From NCBI GenBank assembly GCA_028826165.1, contig JAPDFW010000127.1:85293-149292 (forward strand): a stretch of 64,000 bases of DNA, in the 5' to 3' direction. Made by a program: the position numbers and the translations under genes. Below are positions 25,301 through 36,536 of this stretch, piece by piece; position 1 is the stretch's first letter; each line of letters starts with the position of its first letter. The DNA is from Anaeramoeba ignava BMAN. Lineage: Eukaryota > Protista > Anaeramoebae. The notes beneath the pieces were generated by a model that was not told the DNA's origin, made no database searches, and worked only from the letters and a program-made list of their open reading frames with translations.

Positions 25301-27062
25301 AATATCAATTGAAGATACCTTTAAATATTATCACAAAGTCTTGAATTTACTAGCAAAAGATGAATACTCAAAGCATCTTAGATATGAAATTGATGATCTT
25401 CAGACGATAGAAAATCGAAATCAAATTGAAGAGCATTTTAATCAAATAATTGTCAAAGAACATGAAAATATTATTACTCAAATAAAAAACGAAAAATCAA
25501 ATGAAAAAGAGAAAAAAAGCGCGCTGAAGAATTTAGAAAAAGAAGAAGTACTTTGGCCCTATTTATATTACAAAACACAAACTTATGATGAATTTCTTGG
25601 GTTGTTTCATCGAGATCAAGCAAATTCCAGAAATTTTCCAATAATTCATTTTGTGAATGAAAATCGAGAGAATTTAGAAATACTCAGATTATTCCCACAA
25701 TTTATTCGATTCACATCACTTATCATGCAAAGGTTTAATGGAATATTGTCATCTAACGATATTCAAGATATGAAAATATCTCATTTTATTGAAAAAGAAA
25801 AAGAAAAAGGAAATATAAGTAATTCAATTGAGAATTTATATCAAGATTTTGAGAATTTTTGGAACTTAACTTGGAAATATGTGAAACAATTGTTAGTCTG
25901 TCATGAAACACCTGAATATCTTCAAAAAATTGTAATGAATAAAGATCAAAGTATTGGGTTATGTTTAACTGGAGATGAAGATGTGTATCTTTGTGTACCA
26001 AATTTAATAAATCATGTAATTGATTTACATAATAATTTGATAAGACAAGAATCTATTCAAGAAAATATCAAACAACAAATTTTGTCAAATCAAAAGAAAA
26101 AGAAAAACAATAAAAATAACAATAATAATAATAACGAAAATGATAATAATGAAATTATTGAAGATGAAGATGAAGATGAAGATGAAGATAAATTTGATAT
26201 TCTTCATTTCCCAACTCAAAACTATTTTGATTGGTCGAAATTAATAAGTATTGATATCAATGAAATCATAAATTTTATTAATGATCATCAAATTGATCAA
26301 ATTTCTTATGAAATTTTGGAACAATATCTAATTGAAAAATTCAATTTCTCAACTAAGTCAAAAAAGATTGTATCTCAAATTGAATTTTTCTCATTTAAAG
26401 ATAAAATTGATAAAAAAGTTTATGCTTTACAAAATCTGAACTGGAGACAAGAAAAAATACCAATTGAAAAATGGGATCGAATTGTTGGAGAATTAACTGT
26501 TTCAAAATCGATAGAGCAATGCAAAAATTTAACCAAAACAGTAATTTTTTCTTGCTCAAATATTCCACTAGATTCTGTTCATTTAAACAACATTCCAGAT
26601 TTAAATTTAATTGAATTTGCAGCTGAAAAACTTAAATTAAAAAAAAATGATGATTTAATTGCGACTAAAGAAGGCTCAAAAATTTTTACAAAAGAGATTC
26701 AATTGAAACATTTACTTGATTTATATAAAAAATTTGAAGAACATTTTACTGATTTAAGAGAAAAAATTTCAGATAAATTTAAAGAGCAAATCAATCAAAA
26801 TCAAAAAGAAGATTTGGATAAAATTCAAGATCATTTTGATATTGAAACTCTTTTAATAATTTGGAAAAGATCACTTTTAAAATTAAATGAAAAAACTTCA
26901 GCTTCTTATCTTTTTAAAGAATACATGAGTTATATTCCATATGAAAATGATCAAGAAGAGCAATGCATAGATTTACTTCATAAACATTTCCCTAAATCCA
27001 TTTCCTGTTCTCATTCATTATCTGCTTTTGATTATGTTTCCAATTTTAAGAAGATAAAATGA
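13361..27062 (+). CDS. RNF213/mysterin-like giant AAA+ ATPase / RZ-finger E3 ubiquitin ligase (~4,500 aa, apparently intronless, two apparent frameshifts at ~13565 and ~22175)
   Basis: RNF213-type motifs in order: SKLAGFGKT, LPVILLGETGCGKT/FFDEFNT, AANPYR, VYRVHAIP, SAVSLRD, IPLFLVGKPGSSKS, VILDEIALAE..PLKVLH, SNWQLDP..NR, YFGLRDFY, FGSSF, LYDLLNQNY, LNRFEK, then RZ finger CPNKHPFYIDGCGKP...CQTCGARIGGIKH. ORFs 13361..13642, 13768..22287 and 22161..27062 join if single-base indels are corrected. Confidence 0.88.
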
Positions 27063-27167
27063 TCTTATTTTTTCTTTTTCAAATTTTTTCAATTAAAAAA
27101 AAAACGGAACAAAAAAAATAAATTTCATTTTTTTCTTTTTTCATTTTTCATTTTTTTCTTTATTAAA

Positions 27168-28341
27168 ATGTGGGTAAGTTTTAAAAGTAAAAATGATTTA
27201 AATTTCAATAATAATAATTTTAATTAAAAATTTAAAAATAAAAATTAAGAATTTAAATGAACAAAAAAAATTAAATCAAAGAGCAAAAAATTTAAAAGAA
27301 ATTAGTCAAAAATTAATTCAAAAAATTGAAGAAGAAAATATCAATTTAGGAAATTATGAAGAAAAAGAAAAAGAAAAAGAAAATACAGAAAACTTTGAAT
27401 TAGCAATAAAATTAAGAGAATTATGTGGAAAATATAATGAAATTTTCTTTGAAAATGAAAAAGAAATTCAACTTCATTTTAAAAAAGAAAAAGAAAAAGA
27501 AAAAATAATAAATCAAAATTTAGAAATTTCAAGTCAAAAACTTGAAGAAATTAACAATTTAATTCTATTAGAAAAAAAGAATCAAATTCAAACTCAAATT
27601 GCAATTATGGAAAAAATTGTTGAAAAAAAAGAAAATGAAGAACATGAATATTTAAATGAAGTAATTGATTTATTTCAAAATACAAAATTATCTTTAATTC
27701 AAGAAGAATTAGAAATTGAACAAAACAAACAAAATAATAAAGAATCACTTGCTAATTTATCAAAAGAAATCCAAAAAGAATTACAAAATGGATCTTTTTA
27801 TGATGAAAATTATGAAGAAGTTTTAACATTAAATTCCATTTTGAAAAGAAAACTTAAAAAAGAAACCCAGAAAAAAGAAAATCGAAAAAAGAAAATTGAA
27901 AAAAACGATCTCAAAAGTAAAATTGCACAATTAAAAGAAGATAATGGAACTTTATTAAGCAATCTTTTTGAATTTTTGGATCAATTTTATCCCAAACAAA
28001 CAAAAAAAGAAATTGAAAAAAAGGAAAAAAAGAAAAAACTTACAAAAAGAACCAAAAAATCCAAAAAATCCAAAAAAAAAGAAAGTGATTCTAATTCTAA
28101 TTCTGATTCTAATTCTGATTCTGATTCTGATATTGTTATTGATATTGATGGAATTGACCAAGATTTTTTTAGTTTAAAACAAATTATTCAACAATTACTA
28201 AATCAAGCAAAATCTCCAAATAAATTTATTAAAATTAATAATCAATTTTGGAAACCTTATATTGAATTACTTGAACGTTCAAATATAATTGTTTTTCATC
28301 CAGAAGATAAAAAACAAATTAAACTTTCTTTTGATTTTTAA
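27168..28341 (+). CDS. CENPK: Centromere protein K (CCAN subunit), 2 exons (27168-27173, 27250-28341)
   Basis: Long coiled coil followed by LFEFLDQFYP...SLKQIIQQLLN...FIKINNQFWKPYIELLERSNIIVFHPEDKKQIKL, closely matching the CENP-K C-terminus (FWPPYVELLLRNGIALRHPED in vertebrates). The intron GTAAGT...AAG at 27174-27249 keeps the frame. Confidence 0.8.
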
Positions 28342-28523
28342 AAGAAAAACAAAAACAAAAAAAAAAGAAGAAGAAGAAGAAGAAGTTTTTTTGCTTTTAT
28401 TTTAAAGAGAAAGAATAAAACTAAAAGGAATTTTAAGAGAAAAAAATTTTTCTTTAAAATTTTTAATCCATTTCTAAATTAGAATCAAAAAAATTAAAAT
28501 TAAAATTAAAATTTAAATTTATT

Positions 28524-30790
28524 CTAAAACAAATTACTTATTATTGTTTTGCACAAAGGACATTTTTTATTTTTTTTTAACCAACTTTCAATACATCTAA
28601 TAAAAAAAAAAAAAGAAGAAGAAGAAGAAGAAAAAAATTTTTTTATTTTTTGGATCATTTTGTTAAATTAATTTTACGCTGAATGAAAATTATGTCCACA
28701 AGGAAGGATTGTAATACTATGATTTTCTTCATATTCTCCTAAACAAATTACGCATCTAAAATTTTATTTTTATTTTTAAATAAAAATATTAAATAATTTT
28801 TGAATTAAATTTAAAAGAAGATTATTACTTTGAGAATTTTTGATCATCAAGATCATGTGAAAAAAATATTTTGGGAATTTTGTCAATTTCATCTTGAGTT
28901 AGTCCACATTCAACAACACCAATTCTTTCCGAAATTGAGAAAAAATCAAAATGATCTGAGATATCGAGATTGAGTCGATCGTTTAAAGACGGAACTTGTT
29001 CAATTAGTGAAGATTTCAATGAATTATTTCTATTTTGTTGATGTTCTCTTAAAATTGGAGATTCATGAATAAAAATATTTCTTGAATTAGAAAAGAATGG
29101 ATTAGAGTTTTGTCTTTTTTCTGTTGGAAGTGATCTTTTTGATGAAAGGTCATTGTATTTCTTTTCCAATTCTTTTTTCTGTTTTTGATATTTTTCTATT
29201 TTCTTGTTTTTTGTTTTTTTTGTTTTTTCTGTTTGTTTATTTTGAATTTTTATTTGATTTAATTTTTCCACTTTTTTAGTTTGTTTTTGTATTTTTTTAG
29301 CATATTTCTCATCTTCTTGAAGTATTTCTTTTTGATATTGTTGCCAATTTTTTTCTTCTTCATCAAATTTTTGTTGTAATTTCATTGCTAGAAGGTAATC
29401 AGAAGAATTTTCATTTTCATTTTCATTTTGATTTAAATTCTTTTGGAAATTTTGATTTTGATTTTGATTTTGATTTTGATTTTGATTTTGATTTTGATTT
29501 TGATTTTGATTTTGATTTTGATTTTGAATTTGAATTTGAATTTGAATTTATATTTTGATTTGAATTTGAATTTGAATTTGAATTTGAATTTAAATTTGAA
29601 TTTGAATTTAAATTTGAATTTGAATTTGAATTTGAATTTGAATTTTGATTTGAATTTATATTTGAAATTGAATTTGAATTTTGATTTGAAATTGAAATTG
29701 AATTTTGATTTGAATTTATATTTTGTTTTAAATTGAAATTTTGTTGGAAATTTTGTTGAAATCTTTTCTTTGAATTTTGTTGAAAATTTTGATTTGAATT
29801 TATATTTTGATTTAAATTTGAATTTGAATTTTGTTGAAAATTTAAATTTAAATTTGAATTTTGATTTAAATTTGAATTTTGATTTGAATTTGAATTTTGA
29901 TTTAAATTTGAATTTAAATTTTGTTGGAAATTTTGTTTTAAATTTGAATTTGAATTTTGATTTGAATTTGAATTTGAATTTATATTTTGATTTGAATTTG
30001 AATTTGAATTTGAATTTGAATTTGAATTTGATTTTGAATTTGAATTTAAATTTGAATTTTGTTTTAAACTGAAATTCTGATTTAAATTTAAATTTGAATT
30101 TGATTTTGATTTTGAATTTGAATTTGAATTTGAATTTAAATTTGAATTTGAATTTGAATTTAAATTTGAATTTGAATTTTGTTGGAAATTTTGATTTGAA
30201 TTTTGTTGAAAATTTGAATTTGAATTTGAATTTGAATTTGAATTTGAATTTGAATTTGAATTTGAATTTAAATTTAAATTTGAATTTATATTTTGTTGGA
30301 AATTTTGATTTATATTTTGATTTGAATTTATATTTTGATTTAAATTTGAATTTGAATTTGAATTTAAATTTGAATTTGAATTTTGTTGGAAATTTTGATT
30401 TATATTTTGATTTGAATTTGAATTTAGTTTTAAATTTGAATTTTGATTTGAATTTATATTTTGATTTGAATTTGAATTTAAATTTTGTTGAAAATTTTGA
30501 TTTGAATTTGAATTTGAATTTTGTTTTAAATTTGAATTTATATTTTGTTGGAAATTTTGTTGGAAATTTTGATTTGAATTTTGATTTTGATTTGAATTTG
30601 AATTTAAATTTGAATTTGAATTTTGTTTTAAATTTGAATTTATATTTTGATTTGAATTTAAATTTTGTTGAAAATTTTGATTTGAATTTATATTTTGTTG
30701 AAATCTTTTCTTTGAATTTTTATAAAAAACTGATTCATTTAATATCTCTGAAAAATCAATAGGAACCCATTCGGAATCATTTGATTTCAT
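28524..30790 (-). CDS. RING-H2 E3 ubiquitin ligase with a long N/Q/S low-complexity N-terminus and MIU-like ubiquitin-binding helices
   Basis: The spliced C-terminus reads GLTQDEIDKIP...CVICLGEYEENHSITILPCGHNFHSACIESWLKKNKKCPLCK. SDYLLAMKLQQKF and EDEKYAKKIQ resemble MIU motifs. There is one apparent frameshift inside the repeat at ~29430-29520. Confidence 0.82.
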
Positions 30791-30960
30791 TTGAAAAAAA
30801 ACAAAAATATTTATAAATATAATTAGGATAATAATAAAAATAAAAAATGAAAGAAAAAAAAAATGAAAAAAATTTTTTAATTTTGAAAATTTTTTTTTCA
30901 TTTTTTTCAAATTTTATTTTATTTTTTTTCGATTTAATCATTTTCAAAAACAAAAAGAAA

Positions 30961-32098
30961 ATGCATTTAAATGATGTAATTAATCAAGTTGCACCATCAG
31001 CAATAAGATTAAAATGTGTTTCACTTGGATTTCTATCAGTTTTTTATCTTTTAATTGCAATTTTCACATTTTATGTTTTATATTTGAATTTAAGAAGTTT
31101 CTTTCAATTTTCAAGACTAAAAATCAAATATCGAACAGCTCTTCTTATCCTAATTTTCATATTCATGTTTTTGCGTTTTGTTCTTTTATTCTTTCCAATT
31201 CAATGGAAATATCTTTTTGATCTATTATTTATTTGTTATGTTATTCCTTTATTTTTACAATTTTCAACGTAAATGATTTTTTTTTTTTTTTTAGTTTTGA
31301 GTTTTTTAATCGACATAATAAAGAGGAATGAAAATTCCATCTTTTGAACCGTCGAGAAGACTAATATAGAAAACAAGATGTTCAAGTTTTTTTGTCTTTT
31401 TGTGGGTTTTATTGCTCTTACTAACTGCAATTTTTTTTTACTATTTAAATAGGTTTTTTATGTTAGTGATTTTTTTACTTGTGATGATATTTGCAGCAAA
31501 AGAAAAGAAAAAGGCGCAGCTTATAGCCCTTATCATATATATATGCGTAGATGTTGTGATATTTGTTTTACTGATTTTGGGTGTTGTTTATCAAATGTCA
31601 CTTTCAATCGAAGAATTTGATAATCGTACTTCAACATATGTTGCAATTTCTTATATTATTCTAATTATTGTTTTCATTTCTTTTCGGATCAAAATATCGC
31701 GGCAATTCTTCATCAAGTCTTTCCCAGAAGGAATCAAAAGATCCATCATTAAATTCATGACTTTAATCACGATATATTCAGTTATTTATTTTATTCGATC
31801 CATTTTTGGATTAGTTAGTGTTTTAGCAAATAAAAGCAGTTTCTATGAATTTCTCCATCTCGGAGACTCTTCGAATAAAGAGGCCTATTATGGTTTGTAC
31901 GGCATCTTCATGTTCATGTTCGAAATATTGCCCGCTATTGTTCTTGTTTTTAGTTTTTATGGAAGTCTTCATTCAGAAAAAAAAGCATTTGATCAAAATC
32001 AAAATTCTGTTGATAAAATCGATCAATATAACAATATATCTTCGCCTGAATCTAATGAAGACAATTCAGAATCAAACGAGAACACTTATTTGAATTGA
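30961..32098 (+). CDS. THH1/TOM1/GPR137-like 7-TM membrane protein, 2 exons (30961-31268, 31453-32098)
   Basis: About 7 hydrophobic helices, with FLRF, IPLFLQFSTFFMLV, FIRS and FEILP motifs typical of the TOM1/DUF1084 family. The GT-AG intron keeps the frame. Confidence 0.6.
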
Positions 32099-32247
32099 TT
32101 TCTACAGATGAAAAAGATTTTTGTGTTATTTCTGCTTGTGAAATTTTTTAATAAAAACAAAATTTTTCAATTAAAAAAAATAAATTAAAAAAATTAAATT
32201 TTTCAAAAAATTTTTTTCATTTTTTTCATTTTAAATTTATTTTAATC

Positions 32248-33060
32248 ATGTCAATTACAAAGAATCCGCGATGTTTTTTTGATATAACGATCGGAGGCGA
32301 TCCAGTAGGAAGAATAGTATTTGAATTATTTGCAAATATAGTTCCAACAACAGCAGAGAATTTTCGTGCTTTATGCACAGGTGAAAAAGGAATGGGAAAA
32401 TCAAAAGCTCCTCTTCATTATAAAGGTTCTAAGTTTCATCGAATTATCCCCGATTTTATGATCCAAGGTGGTGATTTTACTCGCCATAATGGAACTGGTG
32501 GTGAAAGTATTTATGGTTATCGTTTTGATGATGAAAATTTTAAAATTCAACATTCTGGTCCTGGTTTATTGAGTATGGCTAATGCTGGTAAAAATACTAA
32601 TGGTTCTCAATTCTTTATTACTACCGTAAAAACTCCTTGGCTTGATGGGAAGCATGTTGTTTTTGGTCAAGTTATAGAAGGATATGATGTAATTCAAATA
32701 AAAATAAAATTTAATTCAAATGAAATAAAATAAAAATTCAAAATTCGAATTTAATTTAATTCAATTTAATTCAAATAAAAATTCAATTTAATTCAAATAA
32801 AATAAAAATTCAAAATTTAATTCAATTCAATTTAATTCAAATAAAATAAAAATTTAATTTAATTCAATTTAAAATTTAAAAATTAAAAAGGTTGTTACTG
32901 AAATTGAAAAACAAGGAACTCAATCAGGAAAACCAAAAGAAATTGTTTAAAATTTGAAAATTAAAAAGGTTAAAGATGAAAAATAAAAAAAAAAGGAATC
33001 AAAGGAAAACTTAAAAGAAGATTGTTTAGTTGAAGAAATTGGAGAAATTAAACTTTTAAA
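32248..33060 (+). CDS. Cyclophilin-type peptidyl-prolyl isomerase (exon 32248-32688, intron to 32890, garbled last exon)
   Basis: [67 protein letters not shown]; second exon [17 protein letters not shown]. The 3' end is uncertain because of an apparent local duplication. Confidence 0.9.
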
Positions 33061-33348
33061 ATTTACTTTCAATTTACTTTCAATTTACTTTCAAAATTTA
33101 CTTTTAAAATTTACTTTCGAATTTACTTTCAAATTTACTTTTAAATTTATTTCAAATTTACTTTTAAAATTTAATTAAAATTTACTTAAAATTTACTTAA
33201 AATTTACTTTTAAAATTTAATTAAAATTTAATTAAAATTCTTTTTAAAATTTAATTAAAATTCTTTTTAAAATTTCAAACTTTTATTGAAAAATTCTTTC
33301 TTCAATTCCATTCAAAAATGAAAAATTTCAAATGAAAAAAAAAAAAAA

Positions 33349-35763
33349 TCACTTCTCAAAATCAAATTGAGTTTGATCTTGAAAATCTTCATCCATATCA
33401 AAAATTTCTTTTGCATTTTCTTTTTTCAATTGATTTGATTTGTTATTCAAACGAATTTGAGAAGGAAAAGAAAAACCATAAGGAGTAGAAGAAGAACGTC
33501 TTCTTGTTCTTCTTTCAGACAAATTATCTTGAGGTTGAACATTTTGATCACAAACTGGAACAATTTTTTTTAAAAAAAAAGAATTGGAAGATCTTTTTTT
33601 TTGAAGAATTGGATTATTTGCTAAAATTGTAGGATTTTGAGGTTTTTTTGGAACAAAATTTTTCTGAAACAATAAATTTGTTGATGTTTTTCTTTGTAAT
33701 TGATTTGGTAAACTTGATGATAATGAAAGTGATATTGTTGCTAATGGTTTTGGATTTTTTTGAGCTGGTAAAGATTTTCTAACTGGTTTTTTGAACCGTT
33801 TCATTTTTGCTAATTCTCGAAATTTTGTGTGAAATCGATGTTTTTTTTGAGAGAGAAAAAATATCTTCAATTTTAATATTTCAACTTGTTTTTTTAAATC
33901 AATATTTGCCATTTTTAATCTTTTTGCTTCCGTTGAAATTTTTTCGTTTTCTTCAGATTCAATTTTTTCTTGATTTTTGTTTAATATTTGCAATTTTTTT
34001 TGTTTTTCTTCTGATATTTTCTTTTCAAGTTCTATTTTTTGAATTGAAAGTTCTCGTAATTGTTTTTGTAATTTATTCACAACATATTCTTGTTCTGCTT
34101 CAAGTTCAATTTTTTCCATTAAAATTTTGTCTTTTTCAAATTTGTTAGTTTTTGTAAATTGTTTTTAAATATTCTTCTTCTGTTTGATTTTTCTTTTGAA
34201 TATGAAATTTTTCAAATGAAGGTCATGAACTTTTTCAAAAGTTTATTTTGATATATTTTCTTCTTGTTCTGAAATTTTCATCTTTTTAATTGAAAAATTT
34301 ATATTAAATTTATTATTTTTTAATATTTTTATTATTAATTTTTTATTTATTTTTATTATTTTATTATTAAGGAAATTAAAACCCATATTATTATTTTTTT
34401 AATTATTTTTTGTTCTTAATTTCAGACAAATTATCTTGAGGTTGAATTTATTATTAAATTTTATTATTAATTTTATTGGAAGATCTTTTTATTATTAATT
34501 TTATTATTATTTTTATTATTATTAATTTTGAACAAAATTTTTCTGAAACAATAAATTCGTTGATGTTTTTCTTTGTAATTGATTTGGTAAACTTGATGAT
34601 AATGAAAGTGATATTGTTGCTAATGGTTTTGGATTTTTTTGAGCTGGTAAAGATTTTCTAACTGGTTTTTTGAACCGTTTCATTTTTGCTAATTCTCGAA
34701 ATTTTGTGTGAAATCGATGTTTTTTTTGAGAGAGAAAAAATATCTTCAATTTTAATATTTCAACTTGTTTTTTTAAATCAATATTTGCCATTTTTAATCT
34801 TTTTGCTTCCGTTGAAATTTTTTCGTTTTCTTCAGATTCAATTTTTTCTTGATTTTTGTTTAATATTTGCAATTTTTTTTGTTTTTCTTCTGATATTTTT
34901 CTTTTCAAGTTCTATTTTTGATTTTGATTATTAATTTTATTATTAATTTATTTTTGTAATTTATTATTAATTTTATATTCTTTTCTTATTTCAAGTTTTT
35001 CCATTTTAATTTTGTCTTTTATTAAATTTATTATTAATTTTGAAATTGTTTTTAAATATTCTTCTTGTTTTATTATTTTTCTTTTGAATATTTGATTTTC
35101 TTCTTGAAGGTCATGAACTTTTTCATTATTGTTTTTTTTATTATTTTATTATTTAATTTTATTCTGATATTTTATTTTTTAATTGAAAAATTATTATTAA
35201 TTTTATTATTTTTATTATTATTATTATTAATTTTATTATTATTTTTATTATTATTTTTATTATTAATTTTATTATTAATTTTTATTATTAATTTTTATTA
35301 TTAATTTTATTATTAATTTTTATTATTAATTTTATTATTAATTTTTATTATTAATTTTATTATTAATTTTATTATTATTTTTATTAATTTTTATTATTAA
35401 TTTTATTATTAATTTTATTATTATTAAATTTATTATTAATTTTATTATTAAATTTATTATTAATTTTATTATTAATTTTATTATTAATTTTATTAATTTT
35501 ATTATTAATTTTATTATTAATTTTATTATTAATTTTATTATTAATTTTATTATTAATTTTATTATTAATTTTATTATTATTTTTTTTATTAATTTTAATT
35601 GAAAAATTTTTTTTTTTGCATTTTTGTTATTTTATATCATTTTAAAATAATTTACCAAATTAAAAGAGTGTTTTTGAAGGTTTGAAATTTTTTCACGTAA
35701 AACTTTGTTTAGTTTATTTTCTTCTTCAATTGCTTTTTGTAATTGTGCAATTTCTTTTTCCAT
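33349..35763 (-). CDS. CCDC6/DUF2046-like coiled-coil protein (first exon 35763-35656; main exon ~34281-33349 with sequence errors)
   Basis: Repeated EQEE..SNKL / EEEYL / EAEQEYVVNKLQKQL heptads typical of CCDC6. ATG at 35763 and GT donor at 35655. Frame disruptions at ~34120-34260. Confidence 0.55.
34420..35130 (-). pseudogene. Degenerate or chimeric duplicate of ~33515-34260, interleaved with the TTATTATTAATTT repeat
   Basis: ORF 34522..34908 is essentially identical to part of 33349..34119, while its flanks alternate between gene sequence and repeat. Confidence 0.5.
35190..35600. repeat. (TTATTATTAATT[T])n intronic tandem repeat
   Basis: Read directly. Confidence 0.88.
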
Positions 35764-35910
35764 TGAATAACTCACAAAAAAAATAAAAGAAAATGAAAGA
35801 AAAAAATTGAGAAAAAAAAATAAAAAAATGAAAAAAAAATGAAAAAAATTTTTTATTCAAAATTGTTAAAAGAAAAAAAAGAAAAATTGTTTTCCTTTTT
35901 TTTCATCTTT

Positions 35911-36474
35911 TTAATCAAATAATGATTTTTGATCCCACATTTTTTCTAAAACAGAAACAACTGAAGATAAAGAAACTCTTTTTGAAAATGGATTTTCTTT
36001 TTTAATTTCTTTTCTTAATAAACTTAAATTTTCTTCTTCATTTTTTTCTTTTTCATTTAAATTTTCTTTATTTTGATGATAAGTCCACTCATTTCTAACC
36101 TTTTTAAAATGCTCTAAACCTTTAAATATAAATACAAATGTTAATTTTGCATATTAAGCATTAAATTTAATTTTTCAGAAATAAAAACCTTTATTTTCAA
36201 AACTTAAATCTTCTTGATCTGCAAAATTTTCAAAATTTTCAAAATTTGTTTTTGTTTTTGCTTTTGTTTTCGTTTTTGCTTTTGTTTTTGTTTTGAAATT
36301 TTTCGCTTTTTCTTTTTTTTCAGTTTGTTTTTTATTTTCTTGTTCAAAATGTGAAAAAGAATTATTTTCATAATTTGTTGGTTTTAATTGAGATAAAATA
36401 TTGCAAATAACTACCCAAAACCATTTCAATAATCCAGTTATTAAATTAATTATTTTTCTTTTTACAATTTTCAT
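35911..36474 (-). CDS. DUF4050 / Gag1-like clamp domain protein, 2 exons (36474-36189, 36119-35911)
   Basis: The spliced C-terminus FENKGLEHFKKVRNEW...PFSKRVSLSSVVSVLEKMW fits the N-GL-x-W/F-xxx-R-xx-W ... F-xxx-I/V-x-L-xx-V-xx-L-xxx-W pattern. Confidence 0.6.
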
Positions 36475-36536
36475 TTTATTCCAAAAAAATAAAAAAATAA
36501 AAAAATGAAAAAATGAAAAAATGAAAAAAATTGTTT

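Noticed and set aside
2732-27062. Functional pairing of the transposon DUB with the nearby RNF213-like E3 as an attack/defence locus
   Set aside because: They are separated by the rest of CK1 and by coronin, and the element is an independent insertion. Proximity alone gives no evidence of linkage.
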